From IMG/VR virus record IMGVR_UViG_3300035520_000781, positions 28,998 through 92,997 of that record: 64,000 nucleotides of DNA. One strand, given 5' to 3'. Every line of letters begins with the position of its first letter. The stretch's first letter is position 1. Position numbers and translations under genes: made by a program. The notes beneath the pieces are model-generated. The model was not told the DNA's origin and did not search any database. It saw nothing but the letters and a program-made list of their open reading frames with translations. This document shows, piece by piece, positions 16,048 through 27,000 of the stretch. The stretch is from a virus. Its lineage: Duplodnaviria; Caudoviricetes.

Positions 16048-19000
16048 ATGAGTAAAACTTGTTATATACCTTTAAAAGGTGTAGATGATGTAATAGCAAA
16101 TGAACTTGGCTGGTCATGCAGTAATGATAAAGGAGAAAGAGTTCCTGATGTATTTAGAGTAGCCAGCTTAAGAGCAATGTATGATGAAAGCCATAAAACT
16201 CCCCTTAATGTAGATAATTTAGGGGAAACTATGAGTACACTTAAAGTTTTTGCTAGTGACATTGCAAAAGTAAATGTTTCCAAAATTAATATTGCCAGTA
16301 GTCACTTATCCACATCATATGCTAAATTAAGAAGTTCTTTTGGTTATCAGGAAAGAAATGATAGAGTAGTAATGATAGCAAGTTACTTTTCTGCAGTTCT
16401 TGATGATTTACAAAAAAGATACCCTAATGTACCAAGAAGAGCTTTAATTGAAGGATTTAAGAATAAAGATGGCATTCAAATAGGAGGACAAGCTGCCATA
16501 TTTGAAGAAGTTTATAATAGACTACTCCATAATAGAGCTAATTATTATTTTGGAAGTCAACTCCAAAGCCTTGCAGCAGACACAAGAGAAACTTGTTCTA
16601 AAAGATTTGATGCTCTAAGTAAATTATTAACACCTGACATATTTTCATTAGTAGTATCAAGAGCAAGATTTGTTTTAAGAGACACTGAAGGAATAATCCT
16701 TGGTCAAACCTTAGATTATGTAGCAGATGCTAATATAGAAAATTATGAAGAAACCCTTCAAGAGGAATGGGATGCTTCAGAGTCAAAAAGAGAAGGTTGG
16801 CAAGAACATACTGATGAAACTTCTGCATTGGGTTCAGTTGGCCAGCAGGTTAGAAAGTTTCTGAGCACTATTCCATTAATGAAATATGATACAACTGGAA
16901 GTCTTGAAAATGGAGATGTTAAGCTGACTGCAGTAGAAGATACTGATGATTTAGGCTGTACAAGATATATTGACCCTGCATCAGCCCATTCCCAATTAAT
17001 AGAATTACTCAGAGGGGTACAGGATGAGGATGAGGTTGTATCAATGTTGATGAATGATAATGGAGAGCCTAAAGAATTATGGTTAGCTCCTGTAGTCAAA
17101 GCTTTACAAGAAAATCCTCAACTTAGAACTCAATTCTTTGTTGACTTTAAAAAGAACTTTCAGCCCTATTCTATATTTCAGGAGGACAAAACAAGAAGTA
17201 AAAAAGCAGGGTCTAAATTTTATATAACAAAAGTTATAAATAGAATTCAAGGATTTTTAAATAGCTCTTATACTTTTAGAATTACATCAGGAAAGAAGAT
17301 AAATAATTCTTCCATATTTAATGATGGTTCTGTCGGAAAACCAGGAACTGTTAACTGGCAAAATATGGCAGCACTTAGAGATAAAGTGCACACGTGGGTA
17401 TATGAATCTGATAGTACTAACTTATTTAAGCCTAATACTTCCAAGCTTCTTACAAAATCCAAAAATGCTGAAGATAAATCTGAAAAGGTAAGGTTTTTAA
17501 TGGAAGTTTTTGCTGCTATGGGTATTGAAGCAACTTTACCAGCAGTAGAAAAAATTGTATCTTCTAATGATATATATAAAGTTCATAAGATATTAAGTGA
17601 TTATTTTGATATTCAAGGTGCTACTGGTATAAGTCTTGTTTTATCTAATGATAATGCTACAGCATGGGCAAATAAAGAGTATGATAAAATGTCTGATATG
17701 CCTTTTAAAACACTGTATAATTCCAAACAAAAGACTGCAGATGGAAAGGCAAAACTTAGAGAACATACAGAAAAATTACTTGACATAGTTAGTAGGCAAC
17801 AAGAAGGACTAAGACTTGAAAATAGGTGCAGACATGGTGATAAAACACTATTTTCCGAGGTTGCTCCCTCATATCTTGGTGACAAACTTGAAAGAATTAA
17901 ATCTTATGTTAGAACTAATAACAAAAAAGGACTAAGAGATTATTTACTTGCAGAGTACTGTGATAATAGCTTCTTTGCTGAAAGAGATGCTAATGGAAAT
18001 GTAACTCATGTTTATAGTTTTTGGGTACAAGCATTATTAGATTGCTGTGATACTCCTGAGAAAATTCAGCTTCAAGACACTTTTGCAGGGCAATTCGACT
18101 TTGAAAGAGATTTAGGTAATGTAGACCAACCTTTTGAGGATTTCACAAGTCAAACTCATTGCATTGACATGCTTATTAGATACCATGCTGATGCAGTTCA
18201 AAATAAATCATTTAAAACTGCAAAAGAATGGACTGATTCAAGAGGCATAAAACATACTAATAATGTTAGAACAGCAAGTGCTTTATATCCAGTATTTGTA
18301 TTAGGAGACAGTGGTGTTAGTAAATATGTAAGAGCTCCAAGAATTCAGGAAGATAATGGTAAATGGGGTGAAAAATCTAAAGAAAAGATAGTTGACCTTC
18401 TTTATGAAGTTTTTAAACAAGAAGAAAGAAGGAAAATTCTTGTTCAAAGAATGAATGATAAACTTGCTTTAGATGGTCATAAGCCTGTCCAATCTTCTGA
18501 TAAATATAGTGTTTTGGTTTTTCTTAATGAAAAAGAATATCAATTACCTACTAATTATCAAGAAAGTGATGTAAAAGCAGTCATTAGAAGGTATATGGAT
18601 AATGCAACTAAAGAGTTTATCCAGAAAGCAAGTAATTTAGGTGTTTTAGATGAGCAATTAACTAAGGATGATAAACCTACTGGTAAGTTAAAACATTTAA
18701 ATCAACTTGGTACCCCCCAAACTATTAATTCTGCTATTGAAGATTTCTTTTGGAACACTAAACTTGCAACTATAAATCAGTTGCAAATGATGACAATTGA
18801 CCCCTCCTTCTACCAAAATACTAAAGATTTGCAAAAAAGATATAAGGAAATTCATGCTCCTGGAAGTAAACTAAGTCTTAAAGCCAGAAACATATATAAA
18901 GAAGGCAATCCTTATTTTAACTGTGATGAAAATGGTGTTCCCCAACCTGAAAGATGTGTTTATTTTGATGATATTGAAGTAAATGCTGAGAATGAAAATG

Positions 19001-22000
19001 CAGCTTTCATGAGGGCAATTGCCTATAATGAAGGTATAAAAATAGTAGGAGAAAATGCCAGTGTAGAAGATATAATTAATGCTGGCAAGAAAACATGGGT
19101 ATATAAAAAATATAAGAGTTGTAGTCTTACTGATGGCCAAGGTTATAGAACTTTAGAATCATACAGAAAGGTTCTTGGAATGGCAGGAAAGTGGACACAA
19201 GAAATGGAAAATGTCTATGACGAAATAATGACTCTCCGAGAAAAATATGGTAAAAGAGTGCCAAAAGAAGGAGATGCAGATTTCAAAGATTATATGTCAA
19301 GGCTTGCTTCTATTTCTAGTAAGGCAGTTGTATTTCAGCCAATAAAGCCTTATATGTTTACTCATGAAATATTCACTATAAATTCAGGGGATGCTAATAC
19401 AGCTCCTGATAAGATGCTAATTCCTGTACAGCATAAATATGCAGAAGCTGTCCTTATCCCTGAGTTACTCCCCGAGGATAGTAGACTTAGAGATATGGCA
19501 TATTGGATGGATGAACATGTTGAGACTGACCCTACAACAGGTAAATCAAAGAAATCTCCTATTGACTTGGTATGTGCTTCTACAGTAGTCAAAGTTGGTG
19601 GTTTTGGTGCTGCTAAAATACATGATGCTACAACATCAGAAGAATTTACTGCAGCATTAGAAGGTGGCTATGTTCATCAATTAGACTATGAAGATTATAG
19701 AATCCAAACTAATGTTCCTGAGCATATTAATGGCTCTCAGTTGTTTGGAACTCAGGTGAGAAAATTAATAATGTCTCGTCTTAATCTTACAGGAACTAAA
19801 ACTTATAATTATCTTAAAAATTTAAGAAAGTCCCCACAAACTGTTAATCTTGGTGGGAAATGGAAAAAGGTAAATGCTCAAGAACTTAATGGTAGAAATC
19901 TTCTTGCTCTTTACAATAGTTTAATTGTTTCTAATATAGTAGATAGCTATGAAGAGTTTGAAAGAGAAATTGGTAATATAGACAATCTTGCAGATAAATT
20001 ATTACAATCTGTTCTTTCTAATAGCAGAGAGTCAATGGATAATCTACTGTCATACTCTGTTACTGGAGATGCTAAATTCTTAATGCCAATATTTGAAGGA
20101 GCATTAGAGCATGATTCTGCTGCATTACTTCTTAGTATATTCAAAAAGAAGGTTAATAAACAAGCAATTAAAGGAGGTTCTGCTGTTCAGGTAAGTGCCT
20201 TTGGTATTACTGCCAAAAAGACTAGTGGAGACCTTGAATATGTTCTTGACCCTAATAATAAAAATAATATTTTATACTGTGAATGTGAGATACCATTTAA
20301 TTTAAATTATTATGACGTCGCATCTAAAAGAACTGTTTCATTAGACTATGATGACTATTGTGAGCAGAATGGAGAATTAAAAGTAGGTAAATTTCTTGAA
20401 GAAGATGACCCTGAATATAATAGGTATCTTAGTTATGTAAAAGATGGTAAAGTATATAAGCCTAAAATTGAAATAGATTATCCTGATATACTTAGTCTTA
20501 TTGCATATAGAATTCCTACTGAAAGAGCATACTCAATGATTAATCTCAAGGTTAAAAGATTTAGTAGACCTACTGCTGGTGGAACTATTAAAGTTCCCAG
20601 TGAAGGTACTACTATTGCAGGTTTTGACTTTGATATTGATAAGCTCTATTTCATGAGAAGGGAGTATAGAAAACATACTATTAATTCTCAATATGATGAG
20701 GCATATTTTAATAAAGAAGACAGAGCTTATATATTTGAAAGAATTTATACAGAACATCCTGAAATTCAAAAGGCACTTAATTTAGAAAGAAGTAAGCATC
20801 CTTTTAGTAATGCACCACTTCATTCCTATTGGAAAGATGCAAGAATTGAAGAAAGATTTGGATATTCTAAGAATGAACTCTTTGAATATATAGCTAAAGA
20901 GGATGATATTGAACCTGAAACTGTTGTATCTGATGATGCTCAAGAGTATTTTGAAGATTATGACTTTGATAAAACTCCCGAGCAGAATTCAAGAGCTGCT
21001 AGAAATAATCTACTTATAGATTTAATGCAAGCTAGGCTGAGTGACCCTGAGACATTTTCAGAAAGATATACTCCAGGTGGATTTGAGAATGCAAGAAAGG
21101 CTGCTAGAAAAATAAGAGAGCTTATTTTTGGAAAGCTTGATGGTCTAAAGGGTTCTGGTGTAATGGCAGAACTTGAAAGGAGATATAATGATAAGTCTGT
21201 TGAAGACCCTGAGCCTAATTATGACCCTACTGACCCTATGACCATTATTAACTATAATCAGCAAAATCAAGTAGCAGGGAAACTTATTGGTATATTTGCA
21301 AATCAAAATACCAATCATGCCTTTGCTTCTTCAATGAGCAAATTTGTAGTTAAACCTAATTCTCTTATAGAATTTGCAGGTCATACTTTTAAAGAAGAAG
21401 GAGTGGGAGGAGATTTTCTTAATGCTCCTCATAGAAAGGATGGTCAAAATGATGTAGACCTTTATATTGCAGAACTTCTTGCAGCCTCAGTAGATGCTGT
21501 AAAAGACCCTGTTCTTAACTTCTTGAATCTTAATATTTATACTGCAGATACTGGTGCTACTCTAATGAGACTTGGCTATACTGCAGAAGAAGTTGGGTTA
21601 CTCTTTAATCAACCTGTAATTAAACAATTATGTGATAGATGTGCTAATGAAAATTCAAATATTAATAAAGAAATAGATGCTTTAGTTAATCATCTTGAAG
21701 GTATTGTTGGCCCAAATAAAGTATCTGTAGATTTAAGTACTGAATTTTTAGCAAACACTATTATAGAAAATAGAGAAGCTTTAGCAAATGGAGATACTGG
21801 ATATGTAGACAAACATGCAGCTGAACAATTAGCTGTATTAAAGATGTTTGAAAAAGCATTGAAAGTAGCCAATGATGTTTCTTTATTTATCACTAATACT
21901 AAATTCACTGCTTCTAATGCTGTTGGCTCTACATTTGGAGAAATGTATGCCCAGCAATTAAGAGTAAATGATTATGTTGCTAAATTTGTACAAGATAAGA

Positions 22001-24003
22001 ATAATAGAGACAAGAAAAATGTAAAAGATGTTCTTTCAATAGACATGGAAGTTGTTCAAGGTAATCCTACACTTGACTCTATAGAAGACCCCATTAGTGA
22101 TAGGGAAGACCTTCTTAGTATGAGTAAAGAGGAGTATATGGATAAATTAAGAATGAATCCATTTGCCTATGAACAAGCCATGTATGATATGAATAGAAAA
22201 GCAATAAATTTATTAGCTCCTAAAGATAAGAAAAAGAAAGCCTATTATCCTTATGGAAGGCAAATGTATGTAAATGCAAGAGCTGCCCTTAGAGACCTTT
22301 CAGATTATAATCTTGACGGAGAAACTATTGATGCTACTCATAGAGACCTACTTGTATATTTAATGGCTAACCAAGAAAACTCAGTATTCTGTGGTGAACA
22401 AAAGTATATTAAAAATGGGGAAAAGACAAAAATGTCTAATAGACAATATTATGAAACTCAGTTTGTTCAAGACTTATATAGTTTTCTTGAAATTCATCCT
22501 GAGTTATTGGAGTTGCCCATTTTTAAATACCTTAGACCTGAAGAAATTACAGATGAAGAGGGTAAAACTATTGGTTATAATATTAAAGTACAAGATATAG
22601 GCGGAATTGACCCCACTACAAAAGAGCTTATTAAAGAAAGTTGGGCAGCTTTGGTTGCTACTGATGAAAATGGCAGATTTTTAAATCCTGAATTTGCACA
22701 AATAGCTAAGGATTTATTTATATGGAATTTTTATAAGTTAGGATTTGATTTTAGTCCACTTTCCTTTATGAATCTTGCTCCCACTGCTGTTAAAGAAGTT
22801 ATTGAGGTTAGAAGAAGCCATAGTATTCCAGTTAATAAATATACTAAATGTACACCAGGCACTAATGATGTATATGTATTTTATCCAGGAAATGCAGAAA
22901 ATGCTCAAACTGCATGGGAAGACTATGGTTTTGAGAATGGAGTAGATGAAGGATTTATTGGAGATGCTTATTCACTACCTCTTAGAGATTCTTCTGGCAA
23001 ACTTCAAGCAGATGCCTTTAAAGCCCTGTGTATAACTGCTAAAAGTAACTCTGATAGAATCTTTAAAATACAGGAGAATTTAACACAAGAAGACCTTGAT
23101 GAGATGACAGATGCTAAAGTGGATATTCCAAGTAATATTCAATTTAGTGAAGAAAATGTACAGCAGTTAGATTGGTCTCATGTAAATTATGGAGTTAATA
23201 GAAGCTATCAAGAGTTTTTAAATGAAATTCTTGATGGAACTAATGAATCTGCGGACATTAGAGACTTCTCAAAGCAATTTCTACTTAATCATCTCGATAA
23301 TTGGAGATTTGTTTTAAATACTTCTGTTGAGCACTTATCTAAGTTTATCCATGATAAAGTTAAGCCAACAAGTTATGGGCAGTATAAAGAAAGAATTGTA
23401 ATAGATTTAAATGGAGCTGCTAATAACTCATTTGGAGAAGATGATAAAGTAAGTAAAGCTTTTGTAAAAGTTGCATGGGGGCCTGAAGGTATTGTTGCTG
23501 CTAAGTGGAAACCACTATTAAAAATAGGTGATGCTTATTATATAGCAGATGGAGAATATGGTTTTAACATTAATAAATCTCTACGTATGGAATATAAATT
23601 AGTAAAACCACAAGGCTCAAAAGGCAAATCTCTTATGTATAAATCTGGTATAGAAGAAGCTCCAGTAGAAAACAGAGATACTACTCAGCCAACAACTAAT
23701 ACTCCTACTCCTGAGGCTCCTAAAACAGATGAATTAGATAGATTTGCAAACCTAACAATAGAGCAATTACATAAAATAATTGACTATAATATGTTAGAAA
23801 GTATGAAAGACCTCAGAGATGACAAGGGAGTTTACACTACTGAGCAGAAATTAGAAACTATTGAAAATTATAAACAAGCAGAAGGTTTCTATTCGATGAG
23901 TAAAAAAGAATTAATTAACTATATAAATGAAGTTAGAAATCAAGCCAGGGCAAAGGGAGTAATATTCCTTGATGAAAATGGTAATCCTGAACAAAGTTGT
24001 TAA
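16048..24003 (+). CDS. Virion (cargo) DNA-directed RNA polymerase, two-barrel crAss type
   Basis: 2651 aa with catalytic GFDFDIDKL, plus YRIPT, TDGQGY, PIKP and KR..E motifs typical of Crassvirales RNAPs. Confidence 0.93.
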   Translation: MSKTCYIPLKGVDDVIANELGWSCSNDKGERVPDVFRVASLRAMYDESHKTPLNVDNLGETMSTLKVFASDIAKVNVSKINIASSHLSTSYAKLRSSFGYQERNDRVVMIASYFSAVLDDLQKRYPNVPRRALIEGFKNKDGIQIGGQAAIFEEVYNRLLHNRANYYFGSQLQSLAADTRETCSKRFDALSKLLTPDIFSLVVSRARFVLRDTEGIILGQTLDYVADANIENYEETLQEEWDASESKREGWQEHTDETSALGSVGQQVRKFLSTIPLMKYDTTGSLENGDVKLTAVEDTDDLGCTRYIDPASAHSQLIELLRGVQDEDEVVSMLMNDNGEPKELWLAPVVKALQENPQLRTQFFVDFKKNFQPYSIFQEDKTRSKKAGSKFYITKVINRIQGFLNSSYTFRITSGKKINNSSIFNDGSVGKPGTVNWQNMAALRDKVHTWVYESDSTNLFKPNTSKLLTKSKNAEDKSEKVRFLMEVFAAMGIEATLPAVEKIVSSNDIYKVHKILSDYFDIQGATGISLVLSNDNATAWANKEYDKMSDMPFKTLYNSKQKTADGKAKLREHTEKLLDIVSRQQEGLRLENRCRHGDKTLFSEVAPSYLGDKLERIKSYVRTNNKKGLRDYLLAEYCDNSFFAERDANGNVTHVYSFWVQALLDCCDTPEKIQLQDTFAGQFDFERDLGNVDQPFEDFTSQTHCIDMLIRYHADAVQNKSFKTAKEWTDSRGIKHTNNVRTASALYPVFVLGDSGVSKYVRAPRIQEDNGKWGEKSKEKIVDLLYEVFKQEERRKILVQRMNDKLALDGHKPVQSSDKYSVLVFLNEKEYQLPTNYQESDVKAVIRRYMDNATKEFIQKASNLGVLDEQLTKDDKPTGKLKHLNQLGTPQTINSAIEDFFWNTKLATINQLQMMTIDPSFYQNTKDLQKRYKEIHAPGSKLSLKARNIYKEGNPYFNCDENGVPQPERCVYFDDIEVNAENENAAFMRAIAYNEGIKIVGENASVEDIINAGKKTWVYKKYKSCSLTDGQGYRTLESYRKVLGMAGKWTQEMENVYDEIMTLREKYGKRVPKEGDADFKDYMSRLASISSKAVVFQPIKPYMFTHEIFTINSGDANTAPDKMLIPVQHKYAEAVLIPELLPEDSRLRDMAYWMDEHVETDPTTGKSKKSPIDLVCASTVVKVGGFGAAKIHDATTSEEFTAALEGGYVHQLDYEDYRIQTNVPEHINGSQLFGTQVRKLIMSRLNLTGTKTYNYLKNLRKSPQTVNLGGKWKKVNAQELNGRNLLALYNSLIVSNIVDSYEEFEREIGNIDNLADKLLQSVLSNSRESMDNLLSYSVTGDAKFLMPIFEGALEHDSAALLLSIFKKKVNKQAIKGGSAVQVSAFGITAKKTSGDLEYVLDPNNKNNILYCECEIPFNLNYYDVASKRTVSLDYDDYCEQNGELKVGKFLEEDDPEYNRYLSYVKDGKVYKPKIEIDYPDILSLIAYRIPTERAYSMINLKVKRFSRPTAGGTIKVPSEGTTIAGFDFDIDKLYFMRREYRKHTINSQYDEAYFNKEDRAYIFERIYTEHPEIQKALNLERSKHPFSNAPLHSYWKDARIEERFGYSKNELFEYIAKEDDIEPETVVSDDAQEYFEDYDFDKTPEQNSRAARNNLLIDLMQARLSDPETFSERYTPGGFENARKAARKIRELIFGKLDGLKGSGVMAELERRYNDKSVEDPEPNYDPTDPMTIINYNQQNQVAGKLIGIFANQNTNHAFASSMSKFVVKPNSLIEFAGHTFKEEGVGGDFLNAPHRKDGQNDVDLYIAELLAASVDAVKDPVLNFLNLNIYTADTGATLMRLGYTAEEVGLLFNQPVIKQLCDRCANENSNINKEIDALVNHLEGIVGPNKVSVDLSTEFLANTIIENREALANGDTGYVDKHAAEQLAVLKMFEKALKVANDVSLFITNTKFTASNAVGSTFGEMYAQQLRVNDYVAKFVQDKNNRDKKNVKDVLSIDMEVVQGNPTLDSIEDPISDREDLLSMSKEEYMDKLRMNPFAYEQAMYDMNRKAINLLAPKDKKKKAYYPYGRQMYVNARAALRDLSDYNLDGETIDATHRDLLVYLMANQENSVFCGEQKYIKNGEKTKMSNRQYYETQFVQDLYSFLEIHPELLELPIFKYLRPEEITDEEGKTIGYNIKVQDIGGIDPTTKELIKESWAALVATDENGRFLNPEFAQIAKDLFIWNFYKLGFDFSPLSFMNLAPTAVKEVIEVRRSHSIPVNKYTKCTPGTNDVYVFYPGNAENAQTAWEDYGFENGVDEGFIGDAYSLPLRDSSGKLQADAFKALCITAKSNSDRIFKIQENLTQEDLDEMTDAKVDIPSNIQFSEENVQQLDWSHVNYGVNRSYQEFLNEILDGTNESADIRDFSKQFLLNHLDNWRFVLNTSVEHLSKFIHDKVKPTSYGQYKERIVIDLNGAANNSFGEDDKVSKAFVKVAWGPEGIVAAKWKPLLKIGDAYYIADGEYGFNINKSLRMEYKLVKPQGSKGKSLMYKSGIEEAPVENRDTTQPTTNTPTPEAPKTDELDRFANLTIEQLHKIIDYNMLESMKDLRDDKGVYTTEQKLETIENYKQAEGFYSMSKKELINYINEVRNQARAKGVIFLDENGNPEQSC

Positions 24004-24019
24004 AAATTAAATTTCAAAT

Positions 24020-27000
24020 ATGGGTAACAGTTGTTTAGTTAAAACTCATGTTAGAAATTCAAAAGGAAATATGGTAGAAAGTAGGTTATTTAATGACCTA
24101 CTTTCCTACCTTCCCAGTAGAGAATCTGCAAAAGAGTATTATGCAGTTGGAACTAATGATGAATTTCTAAATGAAGTAAAAAAAGAAGCTAAATTTGATG
24201 AAAATGGAGAGATAACCTTTAACTCTCTTAGGAAATTATCTGGGATGAATATCTCAGAGGAGGAAATGCTTGATAAACTCAATAAAGAAATAGGAGCTGG
24301 TACTATGGATTATCAAAAAGCTATTTCTAAAGTAACTGAGTTTAATAAAAGTAGTCAATTTAATGATTCTTATTTAGCCACTATTAGCTACGATAAAGGC
24401 CAATACAATCTCTCTGTAATACCTAAAACAGCAAGTAATATTGCAGAATTACAAAGAACTATTGAAAGGCAGGAATTAAAGGAAAAACTTCTTGCAAAAC
24501 TAAAATCTCATGGTGTAAGTGTTACATTTACTGAGGAAGCAAACCAAAGTAGATATAGTACTATAAATGTAGAACAAGCTGCAAATGGAATGTATAACCT
24601 CATTCAAATATCTCATGGGGAACATATGGCAAGTGACTTGGCAGAAGAAGCAGGTCACTTTGCAGTTGCTGCTCTTGGCCATAATCCTCTTGTAAGTAGG
24701 TTAACTAATTTACTTAGTGAGAGTGTAAGAAGAGAAATTCTTGGAGAAGAATATAATTCTAAAGACTTGGGTATAAATCCAAGAAGAGAAATTGCTGGTA
24801 TGCTTGTTGGACAGGCATTGGAAAGACAATTAAGTGCTACTACTCCATGGCAAAAGATGGCTAATAGAATAGCAGATTTAGCTAAATCTCTATTTGCAAA
24901 ATTTAGTGGAAATGATATTAGAATTGCAAGAGAACAGGCCAATAAGATAGCAAGAAATATTGCAAGTGGATTCCTTTCTGATAATTTTGAAGGCAATATA
25001 GCAAATGCTTTGGATTATAAAGAAACCTTAAAGCATGCAGAACTTCCTTACAATGTTAAAGTTTTCAAGCAAACTGTAGATGCTCTTGGAAGTATGGCTA
25101 AAGAATTATCTGCAATAGCAGAAGATGATTTCTCAAAACAAATAACTTCCTTTTTAGCAGCTGGTTTAAAAGATAGGGATAATGTAATAACTGACCCCAC
25201 TGTTGATTCAGAACTAGTAGCTTTCCAGGGATTATGCCAAATTCTTTCAGATATTTCAGATTTACTTGGGCCAGATAAAGAAATTGACAGGTTATTAAAT
25301 TCTGTTGATTTTAATAATCCAACTGATTTTTATGAAAGGATGCCTGAACACGGTGAAGCTTTAAGAAAGGTAAGAACATTTGTAGCTAATGCAGCAAATA
25401 TTGCAAGCATACTTCAAAATGCAATAGATTGTATTGACCATAAGTTAGTGCTTCCTTCGGGCCAAACATTAAATAATGCTTATTTTAAGAATGTATTGCA
25501 ACAAAATGAGCATATTGATTTTAGAACTACACTTAGAGATTTAAAAGTAGCAATAGCACAAACAGACAGTAAACTTCAATCTAGAGAAAATGCTTATTTC
25601 TGCAGATTTTGTGAAGATACATATGGAAGTAAGTATGTTAATACTGTTGCTCAAATAATTTGGAAAAAACATAGTTTAAGTGTAACTGTCAAACCTATGG
25701 AAAGAGCTGAGTTTTCAAGTTTAATAACAAATCTTGAAGATGATATTAATATTTTCCATAGATTTATAGGCTCAATGTCTAATAATCCTGATGTTACTGG
25801 ACAAGTTATTGATAAAGTAGTTAAAGCTGCTAATAAAATGGCAGATGATAGAACTATTAAATATCAAGAAAGGCTAATAGATATTGAGGAGAGAATGAGA
25901 AAGCAGTACCATTTTAAAAGGGGACATACTGAAATGCTCTATGAAAAGAGTGATGATGGTGGCTGGACAGGAAATTTAATTACTCCTCCAGATAAAAATA
26001 TAAGAGACCCAAATACACAAGAAATGTGTGCTGTAAATTATGGTAAATGGGAAAAAGCAAGAGAAGAGTTTAAGAAGCAATGTTGGGAAGAGTTTAAAAC
26101 TAAATACCCTAATTGGGAATCTTGGAGTGGATTTACACGAGGTTATAATTGGAATGAATTTTATAGAAACAAATATAAGCAGTGGAACAAAGAGAACTCT
26201 ACAAAAGTCCCAATTACTGATAATGCTGGAAATACTATTGGAACAGAATGGAGGCCTAATTATAAATATAAATCAACTCAATTTGATGAGTTAACAAAAA
26301 AATATCCAGGAATACAAACATATTTAGCTGAGTTAACTCAGATTAAAAAGGAGTTAGATGATTTACTTCCAATGGGGGCTAATCATAGTTGGAGAGCTCC
26401 CCAATTTAAAGGCACTTTTATGAATAAAGTGCAAAATAAAAATATGCTTATGTCCAAAGGCAAAGCATATAGAAAGTCAATTAGAGACACTCTTCTTGAA
26501 ACTTTTTGTGAGTCTAGTGAAGACACAGATTATGGAAGTTTGAATGAAATGACTAATCCTAAGGATGAACTCATGGGTACTCCATTGGATTTTGAAAAAG
26601 AAAAACCACATAGACTTCCTTTATTTGGTATAAATAAGCTTGAAGATATGACTCAACTGTCTACTGATATATTTCATAGCTTGTTATCTTATGCTTCTAT
26701 GGCAAGTAGCTATAATGCATTAGATAAAGTTGTAGATGCAATTGAAGTGGGCAAAGCTGCACTTGAAAATAGACACATACATATCAATGGTAAAGATGAG
26801 CAGGAAAGAGTAGCAATGAAAAAATCTAGAGCTTATACTAGATTTTTAAAATACTTAGATAGGCAAGTCTACGGAATAAGTGCTACACATTATGGTATTA
26901 CTTTATTTGGCCATAAAGTATTATTAAATAAATGTATAGGGTTAATAAATAGATTAGGCTCTTTCATTTATCTTGCAGGTAATGTTTTAGGTGGCTGGGT

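Noticed and set aside
7425-24003. Introns or inteins in nrdD, polA or the RNAP
   Set aside because: The ORFs are continuous and of expected size, with no recognisable intein splice motifs or homing endonuclease ORFs.
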